From Candidatus Bathyarchaeota archaeon (GTDB lineage: Archaea; Thermoproteota; Bathyarchaeia; TCS64): DNA of 64,000 nucleotides. Shown here piece after piece: positions 58,874 to 64,000 of this stretch; the first letter of the stretch is position 1; each line of letters begins with the position of its first letter. The notes under the pieces were generated by a model. The model searched no databases, was not told where the DNA came from, and worked only from the letters and a program-made list of their open reading frames with translations. The stretch is from NCBI GenBank assembly GCA_963771885.1, contig CAVYVF010000023.1, forward strand, positions 384,001 through 448,000, in the 5' to 3' direction. Made by a program: the position numbers and the translations under genes.

Positions 58874-59841
58874 TTATAGCCAGCCCATACGCTCCCGGAG
58901 ACCTAGAATGTGAGCCATATGGTGCCGACCATGCCATGCATATGCCCCAATATTCAAACCCTTGCTCCAGAAGTAGTAGTTCCGCCGAGTCGTGAAGCCG
59001 GTGGCCTCGTAGAGCCGGTTTGCCGCTGGGGTATCCGCAGCACCGCCTATGTAGAGGAGAGTTGGTTCGTACACGTTGAGGCGCTTGAAGCCTTCGCAGA
59101 GGAGCGCCTTAGCGAGCCCGAGGTCCTGATACCTTGGCAGCGTGCCCATCGGCTCAAGCTCCGCTATACCGCTCGGCTCGTCCAGCCTGAATGTGCAGAA
59201 GGCTGCTATCTCGTCACGACTATCCACCGCGACGAGGTCTAGATTATCGTGGTAGAATGACGCGCTTGAAATTTCCTTAATCATGTCTCCGTTGAACCAC
59301 TCGCCATGGCCAAAGACAATTCTAACGGCGCGCGCTAGTTCATCAAAATCCCCGGGGTCGACTGAGCGGATCGTGAAGCCATCCGGGAGTCGATACACCG
59401 GTATTGGTGCATTAACGTCTCGGAGGCGAAGTACACCGTAGACCTTGCCCTTCTCGAATCCATGTCGGCGCAGAGTGTTCTCCCTCTCCGGATCCCCTTC
59501 GAGTGTAATGATCGATAGCCTCTCCTCCTCGGCGTAGTGTCCATCGATCCAGCCAATGATCTCGGTGTAGAGGTGGGTGTGATTAGGATGAACTTGTATG
59601 AAGAAGCGAAGCTTCTCCTCCGGCGTCACAGCGGCGACTATCCGGCCACTTCGGGTCTTCCAGATGCGTGTGTCCGCCTCATTTCCTTTAGCGCTGTTCT
59701 CAAATCGGGGTGGCAGCCAGTTCTGCAGGCTCCCGTCTCAACGTATGTCTCGCGGAGGAACCCCATAACTGCCTCAAAGTCCTCTGAGTGCCTGTATGGT
59801 CGCGAGTTATACTCGGAGGCTAAATGGCGCATCTCAACCAC
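58874..59841 (-). CDS. GNAT acetyltransferase, frameshifted near the N-terminus
   Basis: LEPMGTLPRYQDLGLAKALL, AANRLYEATGF; N-terminus in ORF 59638-59841. Confidence 0.8.
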
Positions 59842-59893
59842 CTAAATATGCCCTCTTAGAGGGATGAAACTTATGTGGATCGCTTACGTCTCA

Positions 59894-60301
59894 ATGAACA
59901 CCATGACGATAAAGATCACGCGGATAAAAGGTCTTAAACTGAAGGCTGAGATTGACGGCTTCGAGATAATCGCCGGAAGGATTGATGATAACACGCCTCC
60001 GGAGGGTCCCTCCCCTTCGAAGTTGATGATTGCCTCGCTAGGCCTCTGCGTAGGGCTTTACGCGGCGCACTACTTGAAGAGGCATAACATCAGTGACGAT
60101 GGCCTCACCGTTGACGTTGATACAGAGGACGCGAACGACCCAAGCCGGGTGGTCAAATTCGATGTAAGAGTCAACCTCAAGGCGGAACTCACTGAGCAGG
60201 AGAAGGCGGGGCTCCTCGCCTCGGTCAGTAGGTGCTACGTTGGCAACACCCTGAAGGCGACGCCCGATATCAACTACTCTCTCAACTTGATGACGCCGTG
60301 A
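59894..60301 (+). CDS. OsmC family protein
   Basis: GPSPSKLMIASLGLC ... RCYVGNTL. Confidence 0.88.
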   Translation: MNTMTIKITRIKGLKLKAEIDGFEIIAGRIDDNTPPEGPSPSKLMIASLGLCVGLYAAHYLKRHNISDDGLTVDVDTEDANDPSRVVKFDVRVNLKAELTEQEKAGLLASVSRCYVGNTLKATPDINYSLNLMTP

Positions 60302-60359
60302 TGCGGATCGATTTCCCCGTCTCTTAAATAACCTGAGACGCTTTTTTTACCCGTTACAA

Positions 60360-61718
60360 ATGTCAGGAGCCTCCAACCGCATAGTCATCATCGGTCTCGG
60401 CACAGGTGGCCTCCACGCGATAAGGTCGGCCCAGAAGCAGGACCGGAACGTCGATATTTCCGTTGTTGAGCGGCGGAGCTACGACATGTTCAGTCCCTGC
60501 GGCCTCCCTTACGCGGTAGGCAAGATGGTCGAGAGCTTCGAGGCCCTCAAGCACACGATACCCACGACGAGGAGGATGAAGAAGCTTCTACGCCACGAGG
60601 CACGCCGAATCGACTTGAAGGGCCGCTATGTGGAGGTAGCCGACCTCGAAGGCGGCGAGGCGAAGAGACTGGACTACGACCACCTCATCATAGCCACTGG
60701 GAGTAGACCAATTCTACTTGAGGTTCCAGGGACACGCGAGTTATGGGGTAAGGGTGTCCACGTCGTTTCGAACCCTGAGAATGCCCGAGTTCTCCAAGAG
60801 CACGCCCTGAGGAGCAAACGAGCAGTCATCATCGGCGGAGGCGCAATAGGGCTTGAGATAGCTGCTGCCCTCAAATCCCTTGGCCTCGACGTAATAGTCA
60901 CGAAGAGGAGCCTCCCACCATTTCCGCGCAACCTCGACCCAGATATGGGGGAGGTCGTCGGAGAGCACCTCGGAGCGCACGGATGCCGACTCCTCTTCGG
61001 TCAGGACGTCGACAGTATAAACGGCGTCGAGTATGTAGAGAGCGTCACCATTGGCGGTGAGGACATCCCGACAGACATCGTCGTACTCGCCTTAGGCGTT
61101 GAGCCCGAGTCGACGCTTGCAGCTGAAGCGGGACTGCGTATAGTCGACGGCGCCGTCTGGACGAATGAGAAGATGGAGACGAGTGCCCCCGGCGTCTACG
61201 CCGTCGGTGAGTGCGCTCAGACCTTCAGTGGCATCGACGGCTCTAAAATCAAGATAGACCTCGCAACCACCGCGTTTAAGCAGGCCGTGGTAGCGGGTGC
61301 GAACGCAGCGGGAGGAAGCCAGGTCTTCCCTGGCGCCTTCGGCACATTCGTATCACACATCGGCACTCTCGAGGTCGCCTCAACGGGCCTAAACACACCC
61401 GCAGCTGAGGCGAAGGGGTTCAAAGTCGTCTCTGGGAGGGCACGCCTAAGCAGCAAGCCTAAGTGGATGCCCGACTCCAAGGAGGTGACAATAAAAGTCA
61501 TCGCCGAAGCGAGGACGGGGAGGATAATTGGGGGGCAGGCGATAGGTGGGGAAGGCGCAGCGTGGAGGGTCAACATGATAGCTGAGGCACTCAGGATGCG
61601 TATGACGCTTCAGGAGTTCGCCTCGCTTGAACTCGCGTACTGCCCTGCAGTTTCGGAGCTGTACGACCCGCTGCTAGCGGCGGTCGACGTCGCTTTGCAG
61701 AGGGTGGGGGCTACTTGA
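60360..61718 (+). CDS. CoA-disulfide reductase / NADH oxidase family flavoprotein
   Basis: GLGTGG, FSPCGLPY, GGGAIGLE, LAYCP. Confidence 0.9.
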   Translation: MSGASNRIVIIGLGTGGLHAIRSAQKQDRNVDISVVERRSYDMFSPCGLPYAVGKMVESFEALKHTIPTTRRMKKLLRHEARRIDLKGRYVEVADLEGGEAKRLDYDHLIIATGSRPILLEVPGTRELWGKGVHVVSNPENARVLQEHALRSKRAVIIGGGAIGLEIAAALKSLGLDVIVTKRSLPPFPRNLDPDMGEVVGEHLGAHGCRLLFGQDVDSINGVEYVESVTIGGEDIPTDIVVLALGVEPESTLAAEAGLRIVDGAVWTNEKMETSAPGVYAVGECAQTFSGIDGSKIKIDLATTAFKQAVVAGANAAGGSQVFPGAFGTFVSHIGTLEVASTGLNTPAAEAKGFKVVSGRARLSSKPKWMPDSKEVTIKVIAEARTGRIIGGQAIGGEGAAWRVNMIAEALRMRMTLQEFASLELAYCPAVSELYDPLLAAVDVALQRVGAT

Positions 61719-62088
61719 CGACCTTGCCGTCCTCGAGGTAGACGATGTCCTCCTCAGGGGGTGCCCAGATCTCTATCATCTTGAAGCCCTTTGGGCCCGA
61801 TCCGATGACACCATGAATGTCCTTCGGGGACAGGTAGGCGATGTCACCCGCGTGGAGAAGGTGCTCCTCACTGTTCAAGTGGATGCGCGCCTCCCCCTCG
61901 AGGACGATGTAGGCGCTCTCCCTCTTCTCATGATAATGTACACGCTTCGTAGAGAAGCCGGGGTGGTACTCGTACTCGAGGGCCACCAGCTTCGACGCGC
62001 CTAGGTCCTTGTTCACGAGGACGTAGGTATCGCTGACGCCGGGACGCGACGTCTTCTTCGCTTCCTTAATGTTGAAAATCTTCGACAT
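61711..62088 (-). CDS. Cupin domain protein
   Basis: HYHEKRESAYIVLEG, GDIAYL...HG. Confidence 0.88.
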   Translation of the reverse strand: MSKIFNIKEAKKTSRPGVSDTYVLVNKDLGASKLVALEYEYHPGFSTKRVHYHEKRESAYIVLEGEARIHLNSEEHLLHAGDIAYLSPKDIHGVIGSGPKGFKMIEIWAPPEEDIVYLEDGKVVK

Positions 62089-62176
62089 GGGCTTCTAATA
62101 GTGCCTATTCGTGTTTAAGGCTGCGCCTAAGCCCATTTAAGTCGGATCCGACTGGAAATTATTCCGTGGACCGGCG

Positions 62177-62779
62177 ATGAGGTCGGGTGTAATTCTGGCG
62201 GGAGGTAGGTCTAGCCGCATGGGCGCGGACAAGGGCCTCATCCCTCTGTCAGGTAAACCCATAGTCTCTCATGTCGCCGAGCGCCTGGCACAGGCTGTCG
62301 ATGAGGTCATAATCGTCGTCTGCACGGTCTCACAGGCGGAGGCATACCGCGCCCTCGGGTTACACGTCTTAACCGACATCACCCCCAGCAACACGCCCCT
62401 CGTCGGCGCCTACACAGGGCTAGCAACAGCCAAGGGTAGCTACACATTTCTTGCCGCCGGTGACCAGCCGCTCCTCGATCCACGCGTCGTCGAGCTACTC
62501 TTCGCAGAGGCCGAGGGGTACGACGCGGCAACGCCAATATGGCCAAACGGTTGGGTCGAGCCGCTCCATAGTGTCTACGCGACTGAGCCTACCGCTGATC
62601 TCGCACGGCGCCTAATTGACGCGGACGAGAAGAGGCTCCGACTCCTCATAGACGGACTCAGAAATGTCAATAGGGTGCCAATCGAAGCCGTGAAGGCGAT
62701 TGACCCGGAGCTGCGCACGCTAATGGATGTAGACACGGCTGAAGAACTTGAGCGGATCAAGTGCCTTATAGAAAACTAG
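62177..62779 (+). CDS. mobA: Molybdenum cofactor guanylyltransferase
   Basis: ILAGGRSSRMGADK, GDQP, EPLHSVY. Confidence 0.9.
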   Translation: MRSGVILAGGRSSRMGADKGLIPLSGKPIVSHVAERLAQAVDEVIIVVCTVSQAEAYRALGLHVLTDITPSNTPLVGAYTGLATAKGSYTFLAAGDQPLLDPRVVELLFAEAEGYDAATPIWPNGWVEPLHSVYATEPTADLARRLIDADEKRLRLLIDGLRNVNRVPIEAVKAIDPELRTLMDVDTAEELERIKCLIEN

Positions 62780-63025
62780 CAAAATGTGGCGGAAGTCAAT
62801 AAGCTTAGAATATGACCCTTTCGTGGAAAGAAGCCCGTTTACTTGTCTGTTCGCAGATTACTATATACTAGGCGGGTACTTTACACCCTGCTTTAATTGG
62901 CCGTCCCCTACTCCCTTGAAGCCAACTTCCACTTAACAAGATTGTGTCAACATATAGTGATCAACGAAACCAAAAGTATATAAGACGCGTAAGGTGAGAT
63001 GGCTTTTAAAATGTAGGTGTCAGTG

Positions 63026-64000
63026 ATGGTTTTCCGTGACAAGTTCAAGAACGCGGACACCGCCTTCACCTTCAACGACGTGATTCTCCTCCCCGGCTGG
63101 ACGACCCTCGAGCCCAACGAGGCGACAACGAAGACCCAGCTTACGAGTAAGATCACGCTAAATATGCCGTTCCTGAGCAGTCCGATGGACACAGTCACCG
63201 AGTCCGACATGGCGATCGCCATGGCGCGTAACGGTGCACTCGGCGTCCTCCACAGGAACTGCAGCGCGGAGGAGGAGGTGGACATGGCGCGCCGCGTGAA
63301 ACGCGCCGAGGCAGTCATAATCAGGGACGTGGTGACGGTCACCCCCGACACCACGGTAGGTGAGCTCCTCAAGCTTATGGAGGAACATCACATCAAAGGC
63401 TTCCCCGTCGTCGGTAGGGGCAGCAAGCTCGTGGGTATCGCAACTTGGCGCGACGTGCGCCTCGCCGAGCAGACCCTCAAGGTCAGGGACATAATGACTA
63501 AGAAGGTCGTCACAGGCGCGGAGGATATAACCCTCGACGAGGCGAAGCAGGTCCTCCACAAGCACAAAATTGAGAAGCTCCCCATCGTCGACGCGGAGAA
63601 GCACGTCAAGGGGCTGATAACGATGAAGGACATCACCCTCAAGGGCGACTTCCCCGACGCGATACGCGACGAGGAGGGACGCCTAATCTGCGCCGCCGCA
63701 GTGAGCCCCTTCGACCTCGAACGCGCCAAGGTTCTCGACAAGTATGTCGATATAATCTTCACCGACGTCGCCCACTTCCACAACAAAAACTGCTTCGACG
63801 CTGCCAAGAAACTCATCAAGGAGGTAAACGCCGAGGTCATCGTAGGCAACATTGGTACATACGAAGCCGCGGTGGACTGTATCACTAAACTCGATGGTTT
63901 AGCGGGCGTCAAGTGTGGCATCGGCTCCGGCTCCATATGCTCTACCAGCGTCGTGACCCGCGCAGGTGCGCCTACGCTTTTCGCCACGAGCAACGCCGCG
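63026..64000 (+). CDS. guaB: IMP dehydrogenase with CBS pair, 5' part; runs off the window
   Basis: TFNDVILLPG, SSPMDTVTE, GVLHRN, CBS domains, GIGSGSICST; absent from the ORF track because it has no stop in the window. Confidence 0.95.
   Translation, partial: MVFRDKFKNADTAFTFNDVILLPGWTTLEPNEATTKTQLTSKITLNMPFLSSPMDTVTESDMAIAMARNGALGVLHRNCSAEEEVDMARRVKRAEAVIIRDVVTVTPDTTVGELLKLMEEHHIKGFPVVGRGSKLVGIATWRDVRLAEQTLKVRDIMTKKVVTGAEDITLDEAKQVLHKHKIEKLPIVDAEKHVKGLITMKDITLKGDFPDAIRDEEGRLICAAAVSPFDLERAKVLDKYVDIIFTDVAHFHNKNCFDAAKKLIKEVNAEVIVGNIGTYEAAVDCITKLDGLAGVKCGIGSGSICSTSVVTRAGAPTLFATSNAA

Noticed and set aside
57845..59850. Intact integrative element at tRNA-Cys
   Set aside because: No integrase and no duplicated tRNA 3' end found downstream within the window
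62947..63993. Minus-strand ORFs of 141-201 aa
   Set aside because: Antisense shadows of guaB; the same applies to most overlapping ORFs in the track given the high GC3

Overview
GC-rich (~60%), gene-dense archaeal chromosomal segment. CarS, RadB, an archaeal-type SHMT, TATA-type promoters and a large C-terminally anchored surface protein indicate an archaeon; the gene content suggests Bathyarchaeia, but this is inference. The window holds about 65 protein genes and three intron-less tRNAs (Gly-GCC, Pro-TGG, Cys-GCA). No rRNA, CRISPR array, integrase or transposase was found. Housekeeping genes (glyA, pgk, guaB, radB, carS, XPD helicase, mobA) alternate with metal/arsenic resistance, alkylation repair, sugar and amino-acid catabolism and redox genes. 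Several genes, including pgk, are broken by apparent single-base insertions, mostly in short homopolymers; these are probably sequencing errors. Most notable: (1) a two-gene split homologue of the McbB/cucumopine-synthase Pictet-Spenglerases, (2) a PyrI-PyrE fusion, (3) a GcvH-like lipoyl carrier inside an ACR3 operon, (4) paired putative DNA-binding genes with palindromic and exactly phased boxes in front of the S-layer-like gene, (5) a MurL-like PP-loop protein, (6) an M24/M24/deacylase module resembling ectoine catabolism, and (7) a structured ~200-nt intergenic RNA candidate. All family assignments come from recalled motifs, not from database searches.
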